Assembly (NCBI GenBank): GCA_944324215.1
Contig: CALUVP010000140.1
Coordinates: forward strand, 139-64,138
Origin: Candidatus Gastranaerophilales bacterium
GTDB lineage: Bacteria; Cyanobacteriota; Vampirovibrionia; Gastranaerophilales; Gastranaerophilaceae
Reading direction: 5' to 3'
Length of the DNA: 64,000 nucleotides
The notes under the pieces were generated by a model, which made no database searches, had not been told where the DNA came from, and was given only the letters and a program-made list of their open reading frames with translations. Numbering within the stretch: the first letter of the stretch is position 1; each line of letters begins with the position of its first letter. The position numbers and the translations under genes are program-made. Positions 1 to 9,152 of the stretch are shown here, piece by piece.

Positions 1-301
1 CCCATTTAAAAGCACTTTCTTGAATATATATTTCTCTTTCATTTGGAATAGGATTTGCTATACCTCGTGTTGAAGAATATTTATTTTCATTAATTCGCAA
101 CTCATTAATAATCGCACTATTACTTTTAGGTAGATTAGAAAAATCAGAGGCAACATGAATAGACATCCCTTTAAAAAAATCGGGCGTAATTCTATCCATA
201 ACTTTTTTTAATGCTTGTTGCACACTTATTTTCGTTGAGTTATCAACAGTATTTATTGTTCCATTGTAATAAAATATTTTTACAGCAATAGGATCGCTCA
301 T
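1..301 (-). CDS. Hypothetical protein, runs off the left edge of the window (MSDPIAVKIFYYNGTINT...)
   Basis: Read manually: ATG at 301 with a GAGGA RBS, and 100 open codons to the edge. Confidence 0.6.
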   Translation of the reverse strand, partial: MSDPIAVKIFYYNGTINTVDNSTKISVQQALKKVMDRITPDFFKGMSIHVASDFSNLPKSNSAIINELRINENKYSSTRGIANPIPNEREIYIQESAFKW

Positions 302-502
302 TCCAAATTAAATCCTCGATATATTCTGTATTTATATAAAGTATTTTTTTCTCAAAAAATTGCCTTTTTGCTTAACAATGTTACAAGCAAAAATTTTTAA
401 AAATTCTGTGAAAATAACTACGAAAATTTTTTCGAAATTAAAATCGCCATCAAACATCGACTAATATTGAATTAAAAAAATAGGAGTTTCAAGCTGTATG
501 TC

Positions 503-555
503 AAGCTCCACCATAAAAAAGACGATGACATTAGTTATCGTCTTTTTTATTTTGT
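503..555 (+). repeat. Direct repeat copy 1: AAGCTCCACCA (tmRNA/tRNA-Ala-like 3' end) plus terminator hairpin; att-like scar
   Basis: 47/53 identical to 1728-1780; stem ATAAAAAAGACGAT/ATCGTCTTTTTTAT. Confidence 0.75.
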
Positions 556-754
556 GATGGTAAGTATTGATGAGAACTCCTAAAGCGCGAAAGCACATTT
601 AAAAAGTTCGAGCGACCTATGAGCAGAGGGCTCTTGCAAAAAATTTCATGCCCTTTTATCAATAAATTGGGATTACATTAGACATAATATAGAAGATTTT
701 TATTTGGAATAAATATTTTTTCATGAAGAAATGTTAAATATTTTTTATCACATA

Positions 755-783
755 TTGAAATCTTTGTAAAGATATGTTAAAAT
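755..783 (+). promoter_or_regulatory. Sigma70 promoter for the leader RNA and DUF3800 gene
   Basis: TTGAAA-17 nt-TAAAAT with a TGn extended -10. Confidence 0.65.
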
Positions 784-788
784 ATTCG

Positions 789-843
789 CATGGACCGGTC
801 TTTTGACCTCGGTCCACCACGGCAGGTGTTACACCTGCCTTTC
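789..843 (+). ncRNA. Candidate structured leader or small RNA upstream of the DUF3800 gene
   Basis: GC-rich hairpins TGGACCG-GTC-TTTT-GAC-CT-CGGTCCA (791-816) and GGCAGGTGT-T-ACACCTGCC (821-839) followed by TTT, just after the promoter. Confidence 0.55.
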
Positions 844-862
844 AAATTTTTATAGGGGATTT

Positions 863-1567
863 ATGGAGAAAGAACTCAGCATTTTTATTGATGAATCTGG
901 TGATTTAGGTAATTATCAAAACCACTCTCCTTTCTATATTATTTCGCTAGTTTTTCATGAACAAAATAAAAACATCAATGATGGAGTTGAAAAACTTGAT
1001 AATTATTTAGCTGAACAAGGTTTACCAAATCATACAATACATACAGCACCCCTTATTAGGCAAGAACAAACTTATAGAAATATTGATTTAAATTTAAGAA
1101 GCAGACTATTTCGACAATTGTTTAATTTTATAAGAAATGTAGATGTATCTTATAAAACAATAGTCGTTGATAAAAAAATGTATTCTAAGCAAGTAGATAT
1201 TACGAATATGATTACAAAAGAATTGTCGTCTTTTATAAAAGCAAATCTGCAATATTTTTTGCAATTTGACAAAATTATTATTTATTATGACAACGGACAA
1301 GTCAAATTAACTAATATTTTAATTGCGATTTTCGGTTCATTACTGGACAATTCTGAATTTAGGGTTATTACTCCAAACAATTATAAATTATTTCAAACTG
1401 CAGACTTGATATGTACATTAGCACTAATTAAGAATAAGATAATAAGTGGTAAACTTTTAACTAATTCTGAAAAAATATTTTTTGGTTCAGCAGGAAAATT
1501 AAGAAAAAATTATTTGAAATTTTTCGAAAAAATAGAATTTAATCAAAAAATAAAAATACATTCATAG
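863..1567 (+). CDS. DUF3800 family protein
   Basis: N-terminal FIDESG and C-terminal QTAD (QxxD) motifs; ATG 863 with AGGGGA RBS preferred over TTG 803. Confidence 0.85.
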   Translation: MEKELSIFIDESGDLGNYQNHSPFYIISLVFHEQNKNINDGVEKLDNYLAEQGLPNHTIHTAPLIRQEQTYRNIDLNLRSRLFRQLFNFIRNVDVSYKTIVVDKKMYSKQVDITNMITKELSSFIKANLQYFLQFDKIIIYYDNGQVKLTNILIAIFGSLLDNSEFRVITPNNYKLFQTADLICTLALIKNKIISGKLLTNSEKIFFGSAGKLRKNYLKFFEKIEFNQKIKIHS

Positions 1568-1727
1568 TTTTATTTTTTTAACTTTCTTATCATTACTAAA
1601 TTTTAGGATATGCATTTTCCGCATAATTTTTTTGAAAAATTAGAAACGAAAAAATGCATAGTATCGACCTGACTCAAACTTAGATTAGATAACGTATTTC
1701 AGAATCATAGATATTACCTTATGTATT

Positions 1728-1780
1728 AAGCTCCACCATAAAAAAGGCGATGACATTTGTTATTCGGTTTTTTATTTTGT
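1728..1780 (+). repeat. Direct repeat copy 2 (AAGCTCCACCA plus decayed terminator); att-like scar
   Basis: 47/53 identical to 503-555. Confidence 0.75.
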
Positions 1781-1827
1781 AAGATATGAAATAATAAGTA
1801 CAAATTTTAATAGGAAGAATATACAGT

Positions 1828-2139
1828 ATGACACAAATAATAAATCTAAAAGACATTGAATACCTTGATACCATAAATAAAAAATTCGTATTTGATAATG
1901 AACAGAGTTCACTAACACTCCTTTCATTCAAAAGTGGTGTAGAAAGAAGCATTCACGTAGATGAAAAAGATGAAGTGGCACAAATTATAGAAGGTGTTGC
2001 CGATATTACAGTTGGAAAAGAAGTTTTCAGACTTCATTCCGGAGAAATGATAGTCATGCCGGCGCGTATACCACACGGCTTAAAAGCAATTGAAGATACA
2101 AAAATGCTTCTTTTAAGACCTAAACATGAACATAATTAA
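1828..2139 (+). CDS. Cupin domain protein
   Basis: H-x-x-x-x-x-E...G motif and MPARIPHGL. Confidence 0.8.
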   Translation: MTQIINLKDIEYLDTINKKFVFDNEQSSLTLLSFKSGVERSIHVDEKDEVAQIIEGVADITVGKEVFRLHSGEMIVMPARIPHGLKAIEDTKMLLLRPKHEHN

Positions 2140-2200
2140 ATCATATTAATTACGTCTGGTCGGAGAATGTACTTTTTCTTTTTATTCTTAAAATGATAAA

Positions 2201-3475
2201 ATGGTTCGAATTGTCAGAAACACTATTTTACAATACATTCCGCTCTCATTTAATACAGAAGATAAAATCAATTCGAATAGGATTTTTAATATTAATAATA
2301 AGAAAATAAAAGGCGATTTTATCATTTATTTATGCGAAAGAGAGATGCGGGCGAAAGACAATTTTGCGCTACAATTAGGATTAGAAAAATCTTCTCAAAT
2401 CAATTTACCCTTCAAAATCATTCATCCCAAAATAAGTTTTGAATATCAGCCTAAACAAAAATTTATCAACGAGCAAATACTCAAAACCAAGCAAGTTTTT
2501 TTAAAGAATAATATTGATTTTGAAATCTTTGAGGGCAGTTTTGAAAATCTTTTCAATTATCTTAAAAGCCTAAATACAGCCCTGTTAATCATCGACTTTA
2601 ACCCAATACTCAATAGAACTTGGCTTTCAAAAGCAAGATTTAAAATTTTAGAAATCGACAGTCACAATATAATTCCTTCAAGATTTATTTCTAAAAAACA
2701 AGAATATGCCGCCTCAACTTTGCGTCCAAAAATTTATCATAATATCTACCCCTATTTGAATGAATACGAGCCAATTATAAATTACAATTCAGAAGCCGAT
2801 TTAGTCTTAAAAGATTTCATAAAAAATAAACTTCCTTACTACAATGAATTCAGAAATAATCCGAATAAAGATGTGTTATCTAACCTTTCTCCTTACATAA
2901 GTAATGGTTTCATCTCTTCACAAAGAATCGCTCTTGAAGTTATAAAATCAAATGTCACGGAAATTAACAAAGAAGCTTTCTTAGAAGAATTAATCATAAG
3001 AAAAGAGCTTGCCGAAAATTTTTGTCTGTATTGCAAAAATTTTAAAAGCCTAAATTGTGTTCCCTATTGGGCAAAAACTTCTCTTACCAAACACCGCTAT
3101 GATTTAAGAAGTTACATATATACACAAGAAAAATTAGAAAACGCAGACACGCACGACAAATTATGGAACGCTGCACAAATTCAGTTAATCAAAGAGGGAA
3201 AAATTCACGGGTATTTGCGAATGTATTGGGCTAAAAAAATTTTAGAATGGACTCAATCACCACAAATTGCGTTAGGAATTGCAATTTATTTAAACGACAA
3301 ATACGGGTACGACGCCCCCTCCCCAAACGGCTACACAGGAATCTTATGGGCAATCGGAGGGTTACACGACAGAGCATTCAGAGATTTTCCCGTTACAGGA
3401 AAAATCCGAAGAATGAGCTATAATTCTCTAAAAACAAAATTTGATACTGAAAGTTATATTAAAAAATATTCTTAA
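2201..3475 (+). CDS. phrB: Class II CPD DNA photolyase
   Basis: HGYLRMYWAKKILEW and LNDKY...PNGYTGILWAIGGLHDRAF class II FAD-domain motifs. Confidence 0.85.
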   Translation: MVRIVRNTILQYIPLSFNTEDKINSNRIFNINNKKIKGDFIIYLCEREMRAKDNFALQLGLEKSSQINLPFKIIHPKISFEYQPKQKFINEQILKTKQVFLKNNIDFEIFEGSFENLFNYLKSLNTALLIIDFNPILNRTWLSKARFKILEIDSHNIIPSRFISKKQEYAASTLRPKIYHNIYPYLNEYEPIINYNSEADLVLKDFIKNKLPYYNEFRNNPNKDVLSNLSPYISNGFISSQRIALEVIKSNVTEINKEAFLEELIIRKELAENFCLYCKNFKSLNCVPYWAKTSLTKHRYDLRSYIYTQEKLENADTHDKLWNAAQIQLIKEGKIHGYLRMYWAKKILEWTQSPQIALGIAIYLNDKYGYDAPSPNGYTGILWAIGGLHDRAFRDFPVTGKIRRMSYNSLKTKFDTESYIKKYS

Positions 3476-4030
3476 TTAAATTTTCTTAATTACCCGACAA
3501 GGATTTCCAACCGCAACAACATTTGATGGAATATCCTTTGTAACAACGGCTCCGGCTCCGATTACCGTATTATCACCTATAGTGACTCCGCCAAGTACGA
3601 TAACACCGCCTCCAAACCAAACATTATTCCCAATTTTTATAGGTTCTGCAGTCTCCAACCCCTTATTTCTCGTTTCATAATCCAAAGGATGCTCAGCTGT
3701 ATAAAAACCGCAATTTGGTCCGACAAAAACATTATCTCCAAAAACAACTTTACCCGGATCTAAAATCACCAAATTATGATTTGCATAAAAATTCTCACCA
3801 ATCTCGATATTATATCCGTAATCACAATAAAAATTCGGTTCTATATAAACATTCTCGCCGCTTTTTCCCAAAATTTCTTTTATCTTAGATTTTCTCTCAT
3901 CCAAATTTGCAGGATGCAAATTGTTATACTCATAACACAAACTCTTACATCTAATTCTTTCCTCTAATAATGTATCATCAGCCATTGCATCGTATAATAA
4001 ACCATTTAGCATTTTTTCTTTTTCGCTCAT
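3476..4030 (-). CDS. maa: Maltose/sugar O-acetyltransferase
   Basis: MSEKEKML N-terminus, FYCDYGYNI, hexapeptide repeats, GNPCRVIK. Confidence 0.85.
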   Translation of the reverse strand: MSEKEKMLNGLLYDAMADDTLLEERIRCKSLCYEYNNLHPANLDERKSKIKEILGKSGENVYIEPNFYCDYGYNIEIGENFYANHNLVILDPGKVVFGDNVFVGPNCGFYTAEHPLDYETRNKGLETAEPIKIGNNVWFGGGVIVLGGVTIGDNTVIGAGAVVTKDIPSNVVAVGNPCRVIKKI

Positions 4031-4073
4031 TTCAAATCCCTCTTCATAATACACTTACAAAAAATTCTATCAT

Positions 4074-4108
4074 AAAAAATGCCTGCTAAAATTAGCAGGC
4101 ATTTTTAT
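4074..4108. terminator. Intrinsic terminator
   Basis: AAAAATGCCTGCTAA/TTAGCAGGCATTTTT inverted repeat directly after the stop at 4109. Confidence 0.8.
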
Positions 4109-5359
4109 TTATTTGTAATCTCTATCTTTTACAGGCTCTAACCAAATTGAAGTATTGTTTGGTAAATTTGTCTCAATGGAAATATGAGCAAAAGTACTGT
4201 CAGGCGCAGCCCCATGCCAGTGTTCTACATTCGGCAGAATTTTCACAACATCACCGGGTTTAAGAATTCTAAGTTCTTTCCCCCTTTCCTGATATCTTCC
4301 CTCACCTGCAGTTACAAGAAGAATTTGACCGCCAGTATGTTTATGCCAATTGGTCCTTGCACCTTTTTCGAAAGTCACATTTCCGATAGAAGAATTCCAA
4401 ACATCATCTTTTGTACACAACATATTTAAGTATGTTGTTCCCGTAAAATATTTGCTGTACGGATTAACTTCTCCGAATTTGAACGGCTGCTTAAAATCAT
4501 TTGTAATTTTATTTTCACCATCAACATTCTTTAAAACTCTTAATGCACCTAAAGCATTTGGGAAACCAACATAAGGAAGGCATTGTACAATCGCTGCTGC
4601 AAGAGTTTCTTTGGTGTTTCCTGCCTTCAAACTTCCTTCAATATGACTTTTTAAAGTTTCATTATTACCTGTTGTAGTCAAAATACATACTGCAAGTAAT
4701 TCTCTTGTTTTTGTATCCAAACCGCCTCTTGTATAAATATCACCAAAACAAAATTCAGTAAGGAATTTAGAAACATCCTCCCCCAGATTATCAGGAAGCC
4801 CCTGCATTTCTCTTGCAATTTCATCTCCGTATAAAGGTGTTTGAATTTCTGAACCTTTAACAAATCTCTCGTTTTCGCTTACTGTTCCTGCTTTTTCAAG
4901 AGGAAGTGAAATTTTTCTTGAAGCTAAAACCTCATTCAGAACTCCTAAAGCATTTAAAGTTTTAGGAAAACCTATAAACGGTGCGCACAAATATATCGCT
5001 TCTCTAATCTCTAAAGGCTTAACTCCAACGTTTAAAGCGGCATTAATATGCGCATTAAGCTGAGGTAGAGTTTGCTGCACTGAAAGCGATGTAACGGTTA
5101 TCAATTCTCTCATTTTTACATCAAGATTACCAACCGTAAAAACTTCTCCAAAAATATATTTTTGCAGAATTTCCATCATCTCGGGATCATTACCAACATT
5201 TGGATTCCAAGTTGAGTTGAATAACATTTCATAATTCTTTTTACAGATATCTGCCCTATTCATTTGAGAACCTTCTTTCTTACCAGCTGCAAATATGGTT
5301 CCTTGATTTATTAAGATGAAGCACAATATTGCAGCAGTTATTTTTTTAAAATTTATCAT
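4109..5359 (-). CDS. Double carboxymuconolactone decarboxylase-family domains fused to a cupin, with a signal-peptide-like N-terminus
   Basis: Two CMD repeats (GNLDVKMRELI, GGLDTKTRELL, PFIGFP/PYVGFP); cupin TNWHKHTGGQ...HWHGA. Confidence 0.8.
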   Translation of the reverse strand: MINFKKITAAILCFILINQGTIFAAGKKEGSQMNRADICKKNYEMLFNSTWNPNVGNDPEMMEILQKYIFGEVFTVGNLDVKMRELITVTSLSVQQTLPQLNAHINAALNVGVKPLEIREAIYLCAPFIGFPKTLNALGVLNEVLASRKISLPLEKAGTVSENERFVKGSEIQTPLYGDEIAREMQGLPDNLGEDVSKFLTEFCFGDIYTRGGLDTKTRELLAVCILTTTGNNETLKSHIEGSLKAGNTKETLAAAIVQCLPYVGFPNALGALRVLKNVDGENKITNDFKQPFKFGEVNPYSKYFTGTTYLNMLCTKDDVWNSSIGNVTFEKGARTNWHKHTGGQILLVTAGEGRYQERGKELRILKPGDVVKILPNVEHWHGAAPDSTFAHISIETNLPNNTSIWLEPVKDRDYK

Positions 5360-5895
5360 ACCAAAAGCCCCATATCATAAGCTTCTTTAAGCGCAGGAGA
5401 ACTTTCCGCATCCCCGACACTTTCTAAACCTAATCCTTTGATTACCCCTTTAAGCTGAGTTTTAGAATAGCATTCAATCCAGCCATTAAGACCGTTAATT
5501 GCACCATCCATAGCATAATCCCCGCTATCAGCTGCAGTTGCAAGCAAATAAATATCTCTAAAATCGTATTCATCTGCAAACAAAGGATTAGACCTGTCAA
5601 TCATTGTTTTCATCTGACCAGACATTTCATAATAATAAACAGGTGTTGACCAAACAATTACGTCAGAATGCTTCATCTTATCAACAATCTCATTTGCGTC
5701 ATCCGTTATCACACATTTTTTTGTCTTCTGACAAGCTAAGCATCCTTTACAAAAACTTATGTTCTTATCACACAGATAAACAAGTTCAACTTTATTACCA
5801 GTGCTTTCAGCACCCTTTTTGAATTCTTCGGCTAATCTGTTTGAATTTCCTTTCTTTCTAGGACTTGTTGCTATAATTAAAACATTTTTTGACAT
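5356..5895 (-). CDS. Flavodoxin family / iron-sulfur flavoprotein
   Basis: SPRKKGNS, CKGCLAC...C, TPVYYY. Confidence 0.85.
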   Translation of the reverse strand: MSKNVLIIATSPRKKGNSNRLAEEFKKGAESTGNKVELVYLCDKNISFCKGCLACQKTKKCVITDDANEIVDKMKHSDVIVWSTPVYYYEMSGQMKTMIDRSNPLFADEYDFRDIYLLATAADSGDYAMDGAINGLNGWIECYSKTQLKGVIKGLGLESVGDAESSPALKEAYDMGLLV

Positions 5896-5923
5896 AATAC
5901 TTCCTCTTTTTTCTTACAAGAAT

Positions 5924-5954
5924 ATTATATGACTTTAGAGCTACTATCAGTCAA
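5924..5954 (-). promoter_or_regulatory. MerR-type promoter with a 19-bp spacer
   Basis: Minus strand TTGACT-19 nt-TATAAT with an imperfect palindrome TGACT...AGTCA across the spacer. Confidence 0.6.
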
Positions 5955-5989
5955 GAGGCAAAATAAATTTTATATGATAGAATGAAACT

Positions 5990-6193
5990 ATGCAAGAAAT
6001 TTCTATCGGGAAAATTTATAAACACTACAAAGGCAATATATACAAAATTATTGCTCTTGGAAAACATTCAGAAACTTGTGAGGATATGGTAGTATACCAA
6101 TCTACAAAGGATGGAGCAGTATGGATTCGTCCTAAAAGTATGTGGAATGATAAAATCAACGAGAATACACTTAGATTTACTCTGATCAAATAG
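5990..6193 (+). CDS. DUF1653 domain protein
   Basis: YKHYKG.Y, HSET.E.MVVYQ, WIRP..M, RF. Confidence 0.85.
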   Translation: MQEISIGKIYKHYKGNIYKIIALGKHSETCEDMVVYQSTKDGAVWIRPKSMWNDKINENTLRFTLIK

Positions 6194-6207
6194 AAAAATG
6201 ATAAAAA

Positions 6208-6366
6208 ATGATTACACGTGAAGTTAGAGAATGGTTAAATAAGGTTGAAAGAAGACAATATTCATACGATGATGCGATGTATGAATTTATGAGATTTTCC
6301 TCGTTTCTAACAAGAGAAGAGATGAAAATGATAAAATCTAAACTTGAAGCTTCTTATAAAAAATAA
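6208..6366 (+). CDS. Small hypothetical protein, 52 aa (MITREVREWLNKVERRQYSY...)
   Basis: Read manually; fills the gap between DUF1653 and the SIS gene on the same strand. Confidence 0.55.
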   Translation: MITREVREWLNKVERRQYSYDDAMYEFMRFSSFLTREEMKMIKSKLEASYKK

Positions 6367-6400
6367 AAAAACATGCTAAAATAAGAATACAGGTGAGAGC

Positions 6401-7480
6401 ATGTTTAAAAAGAATTTAAAAACCAAAATGGAAACGGAAATTACCGAGCAAACGGGAATAATTCCATATATTTTGATGAAATACATTAACCCTGAAACAG
6501 GTGAAATCAAAATTGATTTACCTGATAATATAAACAAGATTGTTCTTGTAGCAAGCGGTTCATCGTACCATTGCGCAAGATTTGCAGTAGATTTGTTAGA
6601 AAAATTTTCTAAAATCGAATCAAGAGCTATTTATTCAAGCGAATTTCTTTTAAAAAACGTAATTCCGCACGACGATAATACGCTTTATATCTTTATCACT
6701 CAGTCAGGAGAAACGAGTGATACGGTTAGATCTGCCGAAAAAGTTAAAAATTTGAGTAATGTATCCACCCTTTGTATTACAAATAATGAGAATTCAGCTA
6801 TTTGGAATATATGTGATTACAAAGTTGCTTGCTGGGCGGGAGTTGAAGAAGGCATTGCCGCTACAAAATCTTTTACTTCACAAATGTTATGCCTCTTGTT
6901 AATTTCACTTAAATTAATTGAAAAAATTCACGGACAAGAAGCCTCAAGAGTATACAAAAAATCACTTTTCCACCTACCTATAGTCATAGAAAAAGCCTTA
7001 TCTAAACGAGATGAAATAAAGAAATTAGCAAAAATATTATCAAAAGAGAATTTGATAGTAATTACAGCAGACGGAATTTCATATTCTTTGGCAAAAGAAG
7101 CAGCCTTGAAAATCAAAGAAACATCTTACAAAAACTTAAGTGCTGCGATTTTAGGAGAATTTATGCACGGCCATGTTGCTGTTTTTAATAACAAAGGAGC
7201 GCTTATTTATATTGCAATAGACAATATTTCAAAACGCTCCATATCAAATCTTGAAAAAATCCGCCAAGATTATCGCCCCAAACTTATCATCATAGGTCCA
7301 ACGGGGGAAGTTAAAAATTATGATTTTAATATCTATGTAGAGTGCGAAAACGAAATTCAGCAAATGTTTGCAAACGTAGTAGTCTGCCAACAACTTGCAC
7401 TCGAAATCGCACTCAGACTTAAAAGAAATGTCGATCACCCGAAAGGTCTACATAAAGTAGTTGTAGATAAAAATATCTAG
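6401..7480 (+). CDS. GlmS-like double SIS domain sugar isomerase lacking the glutaminase domain
   Basis: ASGSSYH, TQSGETSDT, AATKSFT, EAALKIKE, GEFMHG, NVDHPKGLHKVV. Confidence 0.8.
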   Translation: MFKKNLKTKMETEITEQTGIIPYILMKYINPETGEIKIDLPDNINKIVLVASGSSYHCARFAVDLLEKFSKIESRAIYSSEFLLKNVIPHDDNTLYIFITQSGETSDTVRSAEKVKNLSNVSTLCITNNENSAIWNICDYKVACWAGVEEGIAATKSFTSQMLCLLLISLKLIEKIHGQEASRVYKKSLFHLPIVIEKALSKRDEIKKLAKILSKENLIVITADGISYSLAKEAALKIKETSYKNLSAAILGEFMHGHVAVFNNKGALIYIAIDNISKRSISNLEKIRQDYRPKLIIIGPTGEVKNYDFNIYVECENEIQQMFANVVVCQQLALEIALRLKRNVDHPKGLHKVVVDKNI

Positions 7481-7719
7481 CCCTCATTCATTTCTTTTTT
7501 CTGATATCTCGCAGACTTAGCATTTATTGCATAACAGGCTGAACATAATTTCTGAGAAAGCATAAACATATTTCTCTGAATAGTTGCAACATCATTCATT
7601 GCTTCTAGCATTTTATTAGGATCTACCATAGATGCCATTGAATCATGATTATCAACTTTTTCATCTGCATACTTTTTAACTAATAACTTGTCAATATAAT
7701 CTCTTGCTCCAATTGCCAT
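7477..7719 (-). CDS. Hypothetical protein
   Basis: ORF with a GGGAG RBS. Confidence 0.6.
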   Translation of the reverse strand: MAIGARDYIDKLLVKKYADEKVDNHDSMASMVDPNKMLEAMNDVATIQRNMFMLSQKLCSACYAINAKSARYQKKEMNEG

Positions 7720-7805
7720 AATCAGATCTCCCTATTATTAAATTCCCATATATATATAAAGAAATTTAAGAATAGAAAATTGACTAATTGTAACAAAATA
7801 TTAAA

Positions 7806-8927
7806 TTAACCTCTCAATTGGACAGGCATTACAAGATACAAATAATCCTCATCAGACACCGGAGTGAAAATCGTCGCAGATAAAGAAGAGTTTAGTTTAA
7901 TAGTTATATCCTCTGATTCCACAATTTTCAAGAATTCAAGAATAAACTTGTAATTAAAACCAATAGCAAGCGGCTCACTCATATACTTTACATCCAACTC
8001 ATCTTGAGAATTACCTGCCTCCGGAGAATCTCCAGAAAGTTTTAATGTATTATCTGCAAATTCAAACTTCACAATGCTATTTTTTTCGTTAACCATAACC
8101 GCAACTCTTTCAAGAGCAGATATTAAATCATTTTTATTAACAATGGCTTCCTTGGAAAAAGTCTGCGGTATAAACTGGTTATACTTAGGAAATTGACCTT
8201 GCATAAGACGTGTTACTATCTTTGTTTTATCTATCATTATAACAATTTTCTTCATTTCTTTATAAATTTTGATCGTTTCAGAATTAGCTATAAGTGATAT
8301 TTTCAATAATTCAGAAAGTACTTTTGAAGATATGAGCATTTCAAAAGGTTTTTCGCCATCAGAAGATGTATTTTTGACAACTTCCCTCACTCTTGCAAGT
8401 TTATTTCCATCAACAGCAGCCATTTCTAAAATATTTTTATTAACCTCACATAAAACACCCGAAAGAGGACTATTCGTTTCGTACCCAGCTGCTGCTGATA
8501 CAACCTCCCTTATGGCTTTTGTAAATGGTCTTGTTTCAATTTCCATACAATCTGTATCTGATATATTCTCTTCAACTAACGGAAATTCATTTGCAGAAAT
8601 GCCAATAATATCAAATTTAGAATTCCTACAAGTAATAGTTGCTGTCGAATCATTGAGTTCAAGATTAATAAGTTCATCATTCAATCTGGACAAAATTTCA
8701 CCAAGTTTTTTGGCTGGAAGTGTAAACTTTCCTTCTGATTTAACATCTGCATTAATAAGAGTAATTATTGAAAAATCGAAATCTGTTGCTGTTAATCTAA
8801 TTTGATTAGTCCCGACTGTTTCTATCAAAACATTTGCAAGAACAGGCTGTAAACCCTTTACAACAGTCGCCCTTTCAACAATCTTTATACCATTTAATAA
8901 ATCGTCCCTGTTTGCAACAAATTTCAT
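7806..8927 (-). CDS. dnaN: DNA polymerase III beta clamp
   Basis: LTATDFD, AVDGNKLA, GQFPKY, GFNYKF, YLVMPVQL; 373 aa. Confidence 0.92.
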   Translation of the reverse strand: MKFVANRDDLLNGIKIVERATVVKGLQPVLANVLIETVGTNQIRLTATDFDFSIITLINADVKSEGKFTLPAKKLGEILSRLNDELINLELNDSTATITCRNSKFDIIGISANEFPLVEENISDTDCMEIETRPFTKAIREVVSAAAGYETNSPLSGVLCEVNKNILEMAAVDGNKLARVREVVKNTSSDGEKPFEMLISSKVLSELLKISLIANSETIKIYKEMKKIVIMIDKTKIVTRLMQGQFPKYNQFIPQTFSKEAIVNKNDLISALERVAVMVNEKNSIVKFEFADNTLKLSGDSPEAGNSQDELDVKYMSEPLAIGFNYKFILEFLKIVESEDITIKLNSSLSATIFTPVSDEDYLYLVMPVQLRG

Positions 8928-9072
8928 TTAATACACCCCTCAAAAACTCTTTTTAACACGGTAATTCTAATACAAAAAGGATTTATTTACAAGCCATTGA
9001 CTTTAGAGCACGCTACATTAAAGAAATAACATAAGCACTTGTAAATATTTGTAACAAAAATAGAAAAAACTC

Positions 9073-9099
9073 TAAAGTTTTACAAAAAAATGCCGATAT
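9073..9099 (+). promoter_or_regulatory. Sigma-28 (FliA/SigD)-type promoter
   Basis: TAAAGTTT-11 nt-GCCGATAT versus consensus TAAAGTTT-N11-GCCGATAA. Confidence 0.7.
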
Positions 9100-9152
9100 A
9101 AAATTTGTAAGTCAAGTACCCTGAGAATTATTTAGGAAAGGATTAGCCAAAT

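Noticed and set aside
470-640. Intact tRNA or tmRNA gene around CTCCACCA and GTTCGA
   Set aside because: No T-arm precedes the CCA end and GTTCGA lies downstream of it; no cloverleaf can be built
803-862. TTG start extension of the DUF3800 ORF
   Set aside because: It lies within the hairpin leader; ATG 863 has a proper RBS and places the DE motif near the N-terminus
8269-8805. Antisense ORFs in the track (for example 8269-8805, 15166-15573, 40621-41064, 42118-42579, 58035-58364)
   Set aside because: They lie opposite or out of frame within well-supported genes and show no motifs or RBS
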